DNA of 64,000 nucleotides, taken from Tubiluchus corallicola. Taxonomy: Eukaryota > Animalia > Priapulida. This document shows positions 25,367 through 37,774 of this stretch, piece after piece (position 1 is the first letter of the stretch; every line of letters begins with the position of its first letter). A program made the position numbers and the translations under genes. The notes beneath the pieces are model-generated. The model saw only the letters and a list, made by a program, of their open reading frames with translations, was not told where the DNA came from and ran no database searches. Location: the NCBI GenBank assembly GCA_030141605.1, contig JAQGDQ010000228.1:186001-250000 (forward strand). Direction: 5' to 3'.

Positions 25367-25563
25367 CTTAAACGGCGTTTATCAGACATACGGAATGCCT
25401 TATGCGTTTTGCGTAAAAATAACTGCACTGTTTTTGATGCACCGCTTATCAGACATGCGTTATTGCGTTATTTTTTCTGCAGCTATTTTTTTATTGATTT
25501 TTTATTCTGCACGTGGATACCCATAACGCATACGCATCCGGATGCTACGTAAACACCACTTAA
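25367..25563. mobile_element. Probable palindromic MITE
   Basis: TTAAACGGCGTTTA...TAAACACCACTTAA imperfect inverted ends; TTATCAGACAT is repeated internally. Confidence 0.45.
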
Positions 25564-25736
25564 CATATTACGCACTCCAGATGTGTGGTAATTTTTTGGT
25601 AAACGCTTTAGTGGCTTCATTTAGGAGTATTTTAACGCTTTTTATTGAATATGAATTACTGATCTTAGATCAATGAGATTTGTCTGGTTAGTTAATTTTT
25701 TGTTTATTTTTTGCTTTTCCTTTGTTTGTATAGCTG

Positions 25737-25934
25737 TCATTCAATTGCAAGTGCATGGGAGCTAATACATAATTCTGCTAGAGCAATTTTAGCATCGCGG
25801 GTTATAGTATTAGTTTGCAAATAATTTTCTAATTGGTATTTTTCCTTGACTTCGCAATAAGTCCTAAATTTGTTTCCGTCGTTATTTTTAGTGTTGTGCA
25901 TTCTGTTAATTTCTTCTTTCCACTTTTCCACCAT
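25737..25934 (-). mobile_element. L2/Crack/CR1-group LINE ORF2 C-terminal fragment
   Basis: WKEEIN...NKFRTYCEVKEKYQLENYL...LAELCISSHALAIE matches the W...NKLRTY..FK....E.YL...L..LR.S.H.L.IE pattern. Confidence 0.75.
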
Positions 25935-26508
25935 ACATGGTTTTGAGTTTCTGTTTTTTACTGTACTATAAGCGTTTGTTGTTCACAGCGTTTTCATGTT
26001 CCCATACTTGTTCGAAGCCTGTTTTGTTTAAAATGCCCTTTTTTACAAATTCGTCCAGCTGAATACATTACTGTCTGATGGAAGAAACGGTGGAACACAT
26101 CCACAATACTTATCTGAATTTTGTTCTAAAACATGTAGTATAAAATATACATATGAAATTTTGCACTTTGCGAAATAGAAACTTCCAAAATATTTAATTA
26201 ACCCACTAAGCTTAAAGATCGACAAACTTACACTGGTTTGCTTTGCTACTCGACTGATGTATCGTTGGACGGACACAGACTAATTTAGCTCTGAAAATTT
26301 CAATTTGGTTTATTGTACCATTAGTTATTTGCTAACGAATAAGTAGTATATTATGGCACTTGCAAATCGTTAGTCTACTAGAACTCAAGATGACTTGGCT
26401 TTGAAAAACGACACCGTGGTGAATGTGTAGGTCTATTTACTTACTTGTTTTATTAAAAGTAAAATTTAAGTGAAATTAAATCACAGTAAAACCTTGTCTG
26501 CGTTTCAG

Positions 26509-26725
26509 TGACTCGGCGTATAGGTCATCCGTATCAGAACAGGACTCCTCCGAAAAGGAAGAAACCCCGAACATCATTTTCTCGAATGCAGATAGCAGAA
26601 CTGGAAAAACGCTTTCACAAGCAAAAATATTTAGCATCTGCTGAACGCTCAAGTCTTGCTGGAAGTCTGAAGATGACCGATGCACAAGTTAAAACCTGGT
26701 TTCAGAACCGAAGAACAAAATGGAG
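26509..26725 (+). CDS. Tlx: Tlx exon 2 (homeodomain)
   Basis: Acceptor TTTCAG|TG gives (V)[71 protein letters not shown]. Thr47 (VKTWFQN) is diagnostic of Tlx. Donor AG|GTTTGT, phase 2. Confidence 0.97.
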
Positions 26726-29439
26726 GTTTGTGGTTTGATATGCCCGACAACACCGTAAATAAAGATAAATACGAAGAAATGGATTAATTAGAAATAATAC
26801 TTTATACCTTAATGTTACGAACAACAACTTAACAGGTACAGAAACTCTCGACCTCCCGCGGAGCACTACATAATGAAAAAGTAGTCCGTATTAAAATAGT
26901 GCCGGATATTGTTACAGTTAGTATGCCACAAAGCTTTAAAGTTAGTGAATTCACCGGGGAAGAGTAAGGTCTCGTTTGTCTGTGCATTGATCAATGGGAC
27001 GTACAGTTACAGTCATGTTCTTGGGTCATATAGGTTAAAAATAACGAAAGAAGGAGAAAAATCAAAGCAGTTTGGTAGACAAGGTTTATAATACTTCTAG
27101 AGCGTTAGTAATCCCAAAAACAAATGTTTTGTCAGGTGGAAATTATTTATGACTTTTATTTATTAGAATTTATCACTATATTTCTGCATTTTCAGCTGTT
27201 TATTTCTCTAAACACTGAATGTTGAAGAAGAAAAGGAAGAATAAATTATGTCCAAAGTTAATCTGAAGCATTTTTGTTTATTAGTGAACATTCGTATTTC
27301 GCCAGCATTAATTACTTGCTATAAATAAATATAAAAATAAAGAACTATATAAAAAAATAAAAGAAGAACTTTGGACAAGAAAAATAAAAAGACACCGTTT
27401 AAGATGGATTGGGCATATGCTTAGACTATTTGACGATAATCCAGTCTAGATAGCTCCTCAACAAGCCATAGAACCAGCCAAAAAACTTGCAGGAGGACAA
27501 ATGTTAACATATTTAGATTTCGAACAGAAAGATTTAAACACTTCAGCACTGTTCCTTAGAGATAAATGCACTTGGGGCATTGCAGCGAGTAGGGATCATG
27601 ACATAGGGAGGTGAACAGAATCATGTCCCTGGACGTATGATTCACTGGATGATGATGACGATGAACTACTTTTGTATAAGAAACTTTATGTAAAAATGCA
27701 CGCGAAGAGCTAGTGATTGGCATACTTGTTAATCTGCGAAGTAAGGAATAAAAAGAAGAGTTAAACGAACATACAAATGAACAAACGAACGAAGGAGCGA
27801 ACGGATGAACAAACGAACAGACGAAAGACTGACCAGTCACCAACTAATGAAAATGACCGAACGAAGAAGTTAACGAATAAATGAGTAAATAAATTGACTG
27901 AGTAACTAAATGACAGATTGACCGACCAATTGGCTGGTAAACAGGAAAACAGGCAAATGTAAATGATGAGTTTCTTGTTAAGTATACAATAGCGAAGCTG
28001 CAAAGTGTATAAACAGAGTCACGTATTAATCAGAAAACGTGAGTCACAGAGTCTGATATGAAAAATATACCACACACACACACATATATATATATATACG
28101 TTAACTACGGCTTATATTCATTTAATGTACATGGGGCAGAGTTTACTAATCATGAGCATCCCAGCGGAAATCATCCTGACTCACACCAAAACAGGGACAG
28201 GTGTTGCGCCATAGGCACGCAGTGTGGAATGATTGAAACACTCCCCAAGGAAAAATTATCGTTAATTTGACTTTGTTCATTTATGGATGTGGATTAAGTG
28301 GTCATTAAATACTGACGTTAATGTGAGCAAGAGGAATTAAACGTATGTCATTATGTGCTGATGCTCATGTGAATAATGTGGTTGTCTAAGGTATCAGCTG
28401 TCCAAATATGTATATATATAAAGATGACAGCCAGCACCCACTTAAGAAAAGACATGGTTTTATTAAGATACAAAATATGCAACGTTTCGACATGGCTACA
28501 TGTCATGTTCACGCGACAATCACCTAAATAAAAATACAATGTAAATAATATATACAAAAATCAACACTGTGACAAGCAAACTAAACAATGCTAAATAGCA
28601 AACTTACAAATCGTGTTATACAAAGCCGAAGCCAAAAATACAGTTAAGTTATTCCAACACACTTCGTTCAGAAACTGTGGAATGGTTAAAAATGAGTTTA
28701 TGAAACGACGTAAATTAAAATTTACAAAGTTAGATGGCTGTTTGAAGTTGACGTGCAGAGATTTGTAATTTATTTGTTGAACGTTAAGATATTTTTCATG
28801 AATGAACTTTGCCGGAATTTTCCCTGGAAGTTAATACATATGATTGAGTTCAGAACAGTTTTTGAGAGTAATATTTTAAAAGTCAGCAAGCCATGTTACA
28901 TTTTTTCTTTTTTTACAATAACTTAAATAGTCTAACTGTGACTATTTCTGCTGAACGGCTAATTATTTGCATGTTCACTGTGGGTTAAGACATATTTTGT
29001 TTTATGAACAATTCCGGTATGAACAATTGCAGTATGGATGCTTCGTTTTAGTGGCAAATTCTGCGTCAGGGTTGAAGGTCTGATAACAATAACAAATTAA
29101 GTGACACAAAGCGAAGCAGATCCATAGTACCCAGCCTATTCTAGTGTTAATCTATTCCTGGTTTTAACATGCTGATAACAGCGAAGGATTTTACGAATTT
29201 CCTTTTATCAAAAGTACGCTACTGACTTGTGCGGCGGCAAACCAATTTCTTTTATTTCTTTCCCAGAGGTAATTTATTTGCGCACAAGAATTTTTCGCGA
29301 GGAAATTTACCTTTCCCCGACATGATTGATAAGACAATCACAGACGAAAATTTTAGAGTTTATAGTTTTGTGCAGGTGCTAAGTAATCCTACCCTGTTGA
29401 GAGATCCATCATTACGTCGTTTTAGTCCCGCAGTTGTCT

Positions 29440-30296
29440 GTTTGAGTCGACTCAAAGCAAGGACGAAGACACGAATGATGTTCCTGCGTGAAGCGCAATA
29501 TGCCGATGACATAGCTATCTTCTCTGACAACCCGGAAGACCTTCAGGATCTCATCGACATTTACAATGAAACTGCAAAGAGAATTGGACTGCGCATTAAC
29601 AAAAGGAAGACTGAGACAATGAGTGTCGGCTCTAGCGACAGTGTCAATTTTACCATTGACGGAGAACAGCTTGGAAGTGTGCAACGGTTCAAATATCTCG
29701 GAAGTTACATCTGCTCAGATACTCGATTGGATACTGAGCTTCATGCAAGAATTAATGCTGCAGCCAGCTCTTTCGGCCGTATGAGGAAATGTGTCTTCGA
29801 TAACCATGACCTTACCATCGCCACTAAACTGCAGGTGTACAAGCAATGCATCATTCCGCAGCTTACCTATGGTCAGGAAACGTGGACGCTCTATCAAGAT
29901 CAGGTCAGGTCTCTTCGTGCGGTTCAGCAGAGACATCTGCATCACATCCTTCGCATTCGCTGGGACGACTATGTGCCAAACGAAGACGTGCTGGCTCGTG
30001 CCAAGATGGAAGATATCGAGGTTACGCTTACTAAGGCTCAACTTCGGTGGTTTGGGCATGTGGTCAGAATGAACGATAAGAGACCGACAAAGGCCCTTCT
30101 TCATGGAGAACTAACCAGTGGCTCTCGCAGTGTTGGTCGTCCTCGCCTTCGCTTCAAGGACAAGGTGAAGTTCTCTCTGAGGAAAGGTGGAATGTTGGAC
30201 AAGCTGCCTTTCGCAGTTCACGACCGTCCTGCATGGAGATCCCTAGTCAACAACTGTGCCGAAAAACTCGATTTTGACTGTTGTACCATTTTCTAG
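29440..30296 (+). mobile_element. RTE-clade LINE fragment: C-terminal half of the RT (YADD) plus thumb, ORF uninterrupted, in Tlx intron 2
   Basis: Motifs REAQYADD, GLRINKRKT, FKYLGS, LTYGQETW, QLRWFGHVVRM, GRPRLRFKD; 5'-truncated; visibly more GC-rich than its flanks. Confidence 0.93.
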
Positions 30297-30533
30297 ATAT
30301 TCAAATTTTATCCGCTCCAGAGATGCAAATTTGGGTTATTGCACTTTTTCCCCAAACACGCATATTTTGATTACGGCCCCATTGTCCGAATCCGAATGCC
30401 CAAATTTGGATCAATATAAGATTTTCCAGTGATGTAACATTTGATCACTGGAACATTTTCTAGTCCTTTGTACTTCATCTTTTCTGTTTAATTATATCAA
30501 GCTGGAAATTGTCACATTTTATTTATTGTAGCT

Positions 30534-30534
<1 letters not shown>

Positions 30535-30628
<94 letters not shown>

Positions 30629-30641
30629 CAACAACAACAAC

Positions 30642-30677
<36 letters not shown>
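30535..30677. repeat. (AAT)n/(AAC)n microsatellite
   Basis: Directly visible. Confidence 0.97.
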
Positions 30678-30799
30678 TGAATAAAAGGGGAAATTTCATT
30701 TTACAATATACAGTAAACTATGTTCAAAATCAGGTAAGAATGATTTATTAAGATTTTTGCTGATAACTTGTTAATCTGTTTTATTTTATTTTTTGTAAG

Positions 30800-31079
30800 G
30801 CGACAAACGGCTGAAGAAAGAGAAGCAGAGAGACAAGCAGCAAATCGTCTCCTCCTTTCCCTGCAGCAAGAAGCAGCTAAGAACGTTGTCGTTGGTTACA
30901 CATCTGATCCACTCTGTCTTGGCAACGCGTCCCTCAACGCATTGCAATCTCTGCAGCCATGGAGAGACACATCCACTGGACGTGCTCCAAGAACGATCTG
31001 GAATGAAACGGATCATGAAGAAAACCTACCGCAGATGGTTATGAATATTTCCCAATCGTGTACTTCCGTTTGCTCGTGA
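30800..31079 (+). CDS. Tlx: Tlx exon 3
   Basis: Acceptor TTTTTTGTAAG|G in phase 2 gives [25 protein letters not shown]...[19 protein letters not shown], the conserved Tlx C-terminus. Spliced CDS is 277+217+280 = 774 nt, 257 aa. Confidence 0.96.
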
Positions 31080-31811
31080 ACGAACAATTTCCGGTTGTTG
31101 TTGAGTTTTGTTTTTTAATGCCGCTACTGTTTTTACTTGTGCTTTGTTACGTACATTTCTGTCATTATATTGTAAATACTATAAGTTTAGTAATTGATAT
31201 TAAACAGTTTTACTGATTAGCATTTTAATTTTATTTGCAATTTATTATCAATCCTCGATAATTAAAAATGGCAAGTTAAACAAATCACAAAATTGTCGCT
31301 TGTGCACAAAATTTAACCAAGCAGCGTCGTATTACTTGAATTGCAAATCCGTGAGCTCTATATATTCAAAACAACTACTTCGAACAGATACAGGTAAAAC
31401 AACATCTTTTTTCTTCTCAAACTACATTTTATTACATTTCTTCAAATCATTAAACTTAAAATAATTATATCATTTCTTTATTTTATAGACGAGTAATCAA
31501 AATTAACAGAAATACGCTTTAATAATATTTAAATTTGTAGTACGATTTCATACAGCTCTGGTAAAGTATTTAGGTCTACACAGTGAAGTATTAGTCCTAC
31601 TGGTCTTAATAGAATAATAAATCTTGGTGAAATTTTTACCCCTCCCGGCTGTCACGAAGATTAGTATTACGTATTTGTTAAATGTATATGCATTCTGCAG
31701 CATCAGTTTCAATGTGTTTGAAATTCAGACAATTTAAGTGAATGATCGAAAACAATCCATTCGTCTTGTTAACTATCTATATCATATAAATTCTCAGAGA
31801 CTTAGAAACTA

Positions 31812-32198
31812 TTAGAAATTATTAATATATTCGATTTGATTGTTGTGATCAACATTTGTTTTCATCCCATCTAAGCTAACTTCGCCATTAAGACGTTCAT
31901 AGATTCTCAGGTGGATGAACTGATGATTTCCGTAATCGCTGGTCAGCACTTCCACAAAGTAATTGGTGCCAGCAACGATTTGCGTTTTGTACGTAATGGC
32001 TTCGAATCGACTGAAACTTTTCTGAAGGCGCTTCTCAACGTCTCCTTTTACTCTATAGACAAGATTTCTCATGCAACGATCAGCATGCTCCAGATTTCCC
32101 AAGCCACCAATAGGCGGCAAATAGGCTTCAGCTGGCAGACAATAAGAGAAAACTACCACGAGACAGGTAAGAGTAAAAGCGGGATATGATGTCTTCAT
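31812..32198 (-). CDS. Cystatin (type 1/stefin-like cysteine protease inhibitor) with N-terminal signal peptide, single-exon CDS
   Basis: N-terminal GG, QIVAG (QxVxG) followed by TNYF, and IHLRIY; hydrophobic leader ending AEA; complete ATG-to-stop ORF of 128 aa. Confidence 0.88.
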   Translation of the reverse strand: MKTSYPAFTLTCLVVVFSYCLPAEAYLPPIGGLGNLEHADRCMRNLVYRVKGDVEKRLQKSFSRFEAITYKTQIVAGTNYFVEVLTSDYGNHQFIHLRIYERLNGEVSLDGMKTNVDHNNQIEYINNF

Positions 32199-32364
32199 CG
32201 TGAAACGCTCGAGCTGATGAGTTCGTTATGCGCCTTACGAAATTAACCTGAAATTTGAAAAGTTTTAATTAAAAACTCACGAAAATAATAAACTATAGGG
32301 CCTATTGTGTAAACTTAGTGCGTGAAAAACTCATTTTTGTCAATTTCTGATTGTGTATCCCCTG

Positions 32365-33113
32365 AAACGCATGTACCACTATTTTGTTGACGATATTAAA
32401 CCTTATCGTACAATTAGAAATACTTCTAATCAAAAGACATTACAAGCAGACCTGCCTGAAATTGAGCGATGGTATGACAACTAGCTAGTGTCCCTCAAAT
32501 GCAGTAAAAGCAGCGCACTTCGTATTCGTTATAATTCTACAACGCCTTATTACCTGAGAGATGGTGTTCTTGAAGAAAAATCAGGTGTATGTAATTTGGG
32601 AGTTAATCTCAAACAACCTGAAATGGAACTCTCATATTGAGCATACCATCTCTCAGGCTAATAGACGCATTGGAATGATAAAGCGCTGCATTTCGTCATG
32701 TAGTGCAAAAGTTATTGTACCTTTGCACGAGGCTGTAGTTAGACCAATATTTGGGTACTCAGTATGTTACTCTAAAGAATACTTTAGAAAGAACTCAATG
32801 GAAATGCATCAACTTGGCCTCGGTGCTCAACCAGATTCTATCTTCTCTTGAACAACGCCGCGATACCTTAGATCTTAATACCTGCTATATTCCCATCAGT
32901 TGTAAATCAATTTTACGTAGTAATAATTTTTTTTCTATACCAAAACATGATTTATGTGGGCACAACTCTAAATTATTTGTACAATACTCTCGCACTGATG
33001 TAGGAGCCCACCTTTTCTCTTTTTGTGTTGTGGGCTATTGGAATTCACTTAAAAGTCAAATTGTTGAAGCATCAAATCTGGCTCGATTTCGCAAATCGCT
33101 GAGGCCTCTATGA
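32365..33113 (+). mobile_element. Decayed CR1-clade LINE RT/3' fragment
   Basis: FVDDIKPYRTI...LQADL..IERW, NLKWNSHIEHTISQANRRIGMIKR, VRPIFGY, LEQRRDTLDL, FSFCVVGYWNSL; contains stops and frameshifts. Confidence 0.85.
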
Positions 33114-33905
33114 TTAGGCCTCTTAGACTTCGCAAGCAAATTCGCAACGAAACAATACTGTCTGGAAATTGAAAAACTAACAATAAGGAAAATGTAGAAA
33201 ACACTAACCCATGTTCTAGAAAATATGTTCCATTAAAAGTTGATCTAAAAGTTTTCATAATGTCATTTTCAGAATGAATAGTTTCCAATTCAGAACAAAC
33301 AGAACCTGTTTCGGAATAATTAACATCAAATTCCTTCTAATCAACGTCACTTTCGAAAACTGTTAGCAACTGCAACACGTTACATTATAACGGATCTTTT
33401 TAATTTTTAATGTACCAGAATTGATTTTTATAAAAAAATTATTGCACCAGGTATGGCAATTAAAAGAAATTTGCATCACGCTACACGGTAAATGATAAGC
33501 AAAATGATACTGATAAAGCATTAAGCTGTTTTTGATCACACATTATTTTTATATATTCCGCACTTAACTGCGGTTGTAAAATGTTTGTACTTTGTAATTG
33601 AGGTAAGGTTTGAATAATTCCCTAAAGCTGTAATCACCTCAAAGTATGCTTCTTTATTTACTAAACTATTTATTTATTTATTTATTTATTTGTTTTATTC
33701 TTTATTTGCTCCAATATGTATAAAATTCGTTCATTGAAATTTTTGCAAAAATCTAATTTCCGTTCATGCGGAACTGTTGATAACGCGATAAAGGGTTACA
33801 GTGTTGGCATAGATGACGGTGTGATGAAGATGGCAGTATTAGCGTGGATGCGACGAAGGTTGAAATGATGGCGTTAATGAGGAATGGACCAACGTTACAA
33901 TGTTA

Positions 33906-34876
33906 GCATTAATGAGGATGCGACCTGGGTCGGAGAACTGGCATTAATGAGGATATGACCAGGGTTGGAGAACCGGCTTTAATGAGGATATGACCAAGGT
34001 TGGAGAACTGGCATTAATGAGATTGAGACCAGGGTTGGAGAACTGGCATTAATGAGAATGGGACCAGAGTTGGAGAACTGGCATTAATGAGGATGCGACC
34101 AAGGTTGGAGAACTGGCATTAATGAGATTGAGACCAGGGTTGGAGAACTGGCATTAATGAGATTGGGACCAGAGTTGGAGAACTGGCATTAATGAGGATG
34201 CGACCAAGGTTGGAGAACTGGCATTAATGAGATCGAGACCAGGGTTGGAGAACTGGCATTAATGAGGATATGACCAGGGTTGGAGAACTGGCATAAATGA
34301 GATTGAGACCAGGGTTGGAGAACTGGCATTAAAGAGGATATGACCAGGGCTGGAGAACCGGCTTTAATGAGGATATGACCAGGGTTGGAGAACCGGCTTT
34401 AATGAGGATATGACCAGGGTTGGAGAACTGGCATTAGTGAGGATATGACCAGGGCTGGAGAACCGGCTTTAATGAGGATATGACCAGGGTTGGAGAACTG
34501 GCTTTAATGAGGTTATGACCAGGGTTGGAGAATTGGCATTAATGAGATTGAGACCAGGGTTGGAGAACCGGCTTTAATGAGGATATGACCAGGGTTGGAG
34601 AACCGGCATTAATGAGATTGAGACCAGGGTTGGAGAACTGGCATTAATGAGATTGGGACCAGAGTTGGAGAACTGGCATTAATGAGGATATGACCAGGGT
34701 TGGAGAACTGGCATTAATGAGGATATGACCAGGGTTGGAGAACTGGCATTAATGAGATTGAGACCAGGGTTGGAGAACTGGCATTAATGAGATTGGGACC
34801 AGAGTTGGAGAACCGGCTTTAATGAGGATGCGACCAAGGTTGGAGAACTGGCTTTAACGAGGACGCGACCAAGGTT
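33906..34876. repeat. 35-bp minisatellite, about 28 units (TGACCAGGGTTGGAGAACTGGCATTAATGAGGATA)
   Basis: Contiguous tandem units; degenerate units extend left to about 33795. Confidence 0.97.
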
Positions 34877-37043
34877 AGCGTTTGCCAACTTGTTCATGCC
34901 GAATAAAACTGATTTAAAGGTAGGACGTCGAAGATACAAATTAATGCTATGTCTCAATCAAGTGTAAGTATTATATTATATGTGAAAGAAAGAACAAGCG
35001 CCTTATATTATTTGCGAAAGAAACAACAAGCGCCTATACTAGCAGTGTCACAATATTTGAATTATCGTACGCCCCAACGTTTAGGTGATAATACAACTAC
35101 ATCGTCATAACATTCATAAAGGTTAGATACTCTCGTCTTCAGCATGATAGTCGTGTAACAAAAACGGGCAGAGAATGCAGAGTGGTAGCTTTAAAAACGC
35201 TCTAGAATCTCAACAAAAATGCTGGTTTTTATTCAACTGCTACTGTAATAAAAATAAGAAGTTAAGAAAATAATTATACTTATACTTCTTAAAGATTTAA
35301 CCTTTCTGCTACACTTTAAACTGAAAACATTTACAAAATTGTATATGGGTGATAGTGCTCTGTGATTGTGATTGTGATAGTGTTGCACCTAGCGACAGCG
35401 AAATCACACGCATTCAGTTATCTGCTATAAATGAATTAATGTAAAATCAGCGTAGTACCTACCTGCTTAGTTATACTTTGCACTTCAACAATGTCGCTTT
35501 GACTCGCGTTCGTCTTTTATAAGGAAAAACACTTTAGTTTAAAATGTAGATCATTCAATGTTATGCTGGCAAATGCGTTGTAGCAATGGGGGTCCATCAT
35601 CAGAATTTAGCTCGCAAGAGGTAAGGATATTTGGTAAAAGATGCTGGTTGCATTATGGTGATTTGTCGTAACTCTTACGTACATGCTGGGTATGTTTAAC
35701 TGTTCGTACATATTCAATAAAATGCCTTTATAAAGACGCACTAGGAACGTGCACTGACTAACTTTTTTCTTCACAAGCAATCTTATCGTAGGAGCCTAAA
35801 ATTATTTTTTTATTCGCCCCGACTCACAAACTTTTGTTTGCACCATTCTTATGTAATTAAGTAAGTAAACTAGCTCGACTCGCTTTACATATTTACTTTA
35901 CCAGCAATCTGATGCTAAAAGTTGAATTTAAATAACCGTCATTTTGTTCTCATCAACTCTATTAATTTACATATGTTTCACTACTTATCCAATGTTTTCA
36001 TGTTATTTTACTGTATATTACTTTCTGTTACCGGTAATAATGAAGTTGAAATTTGTAGCTAGTGAAGCAAATCATATGACTTTTCTGATTTTTACATCCT
36101 GTGGAAAATAACTGTAGTAAGAAAGTCAGAAGATGGCATATCTGCAAGATGTGACGTAGGACTCCCAGCATTGTGAAGAATACCAGTAAATAGCTTTAGG
36201 GGCGCTGTGGTGCTGTTGTGGAGTTTAGGAACTAATTCCTACTTTATACAAATCCACTTACTGTAACCCAAAAACAGCGTTCAATAGCGATATCTGATCA
36301 ATCTTCATGCTTGTGGCAGAACCGGAATCTTGCTCATTATCTAGCAAATCATCTAAGATGAGAAAAGGCGGAGTTAAATTATACGTTTTCTATAACGTGG
36401 GTGAGACACCTCTGTCCTTTCTCAGTTCTCATCCTCCTTTATTGAGGTAAGCAGTCAGAATCGGTGTGGAGGTTTTGTAACCACCCAGAGCAAGTAGATA
36501 ACTCAGCAACCCACCTACTCATTCACGAACCTTGTGCTGCTCAACTTCAGTCGCCAAGCGCACAGCTGTTATTCTTCTCAACCAAACTGCAACGGTAATT
36601 TTGTGTTTTATTATTAATTAGCCAAGATTAAGTCAATTAGGCAAGTCAATGTAACTGCATTTTTCGTAATGCACATCTTCAGTAACAACTCCCTCTGCCC
36701 TTGCACGATACTGAATCAGAAATTTATTCTTCTGACACTAGATGGCAGTGCAGTGCAAGTACTTCATTATTAATAATATTACTTGCTTCTATTACATTTT
36801 TATATCCTTGCGGACGGACCACTTTAGAACATTTGGTTTTGACATCTCAGCATACAAGAAAAAGCATTTTGAAATTATTCTGTCACTCGCGCACGCATGC
36901 ATTTCGTGTCGGTTCTGTCAAAATTAACAGTTATAAAGTTTTACTTACACGTACTAATTAGTATACCTGCAATTTAAATCTTGAAAAATGAAAATGCACT
37001 TTCTACAGATTGTAGGTGTAGTATACGAATTAGACTTCCCGCT

Positions 37044-37774
37044 CAGGGGCGGATTAACCATTAGGCTAGCAAGGCTAGATCCTTACTCCATACGTTTTGA
37101 TGAGCCCTCGGAGTCCTCAGATCGATGACCAATTAAATGGAGATTATGCTATTTAGTAAACAGGTTCGTAAACTTATTTTTTGTTTTTTGTTTATTGCCA
37201 GTAAGCACATGACCGATTGTGCATATCATATTGCACACAAAATTCTACACACTTGGACACATGTAGTCTTGGATACATAGGTAGCTTGCATACGGAGGCA
37301 ATTTAGACAAAAGAATTCGAAACCTGTAAGAGCAATATAGGACATTTTGACATGTGCAGCATATTTTTCAATGCCCAACGTTTTGGATCCTCTGTCAGAG
37401 GTAGCCTCAATGACGAACAGCAACTCACATTTTGGTCAACGCGGGCAAAAGAGATGACAAACAAAATCATTGCCATTCATCACGAATAACGACAAAAGCT
37501 CTTTATAGTCCGCCTATGCAAAAACTGAAAAACAGCTCTACAACTTTTTCAAGTTTCCGAGAAGTTTGATGACAATCTGACCTGTGCACAAGCCTGATAT
37601 TTTATTTTTAAGTCTAAGATTTAACCAAACTAATTCACTTTTGTGATGAAACATCCCATGTGAAAATCGCATTTCAGCAGTATACCACAATTGGATGCAT
37701 AGTTTTGCATAGACTATACTTAGGACCTTTGTTTGTATAACCTTAGGCCCCGTGAAACCTATAATCCACACCTG
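37044..37774. mobile_element. Old hAT-like non-autonomous element
   Basis: CAGGGGCGGATTA...TAATCCACACCTG imperfect TIRs, with subterminal motifs like those of 42890-43211; TSD poorly conserved. Confidence 0.5.

Noticed and set aside
26487-26508. Upstream acceptor TCACAG|TAAA for Tlx exon 2
   Set aside because: Out of frame with the homeodomain after a phase-1 donor.
29229-29246. RRQT at the start of the 355-aa ORF as a duplicated Tlx exon 3 start
   Set aside because: The similarity spans only about 17 nt and lacks an AG acceptor; likely chance.
29412-30104. Antisense and alternate-frame ORFs over the RTE fragment, cystatin, Tlx and zinc-finger exons
   Set aside because: Shadow ORFs of real coding sequence with no independent motifs.
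32214-32242. Hammerhead ribozyme core (CTGATGAG...CGAAA)
   Set aside because: Stem II pairs only about 2 bp and there are no convincing stems I or III; similar partial cores near 8673, 36661 and 59300 also fail.
33906-34876. CRISPR array (35-bp units)
   Set aside because: Pure tandem repeat without spacers.
36130-36640. Possible coding exon or TE ORF in a GC-elevated stretch
   Set aside because: No sustained open frame or recognisable motif; left unannotated.
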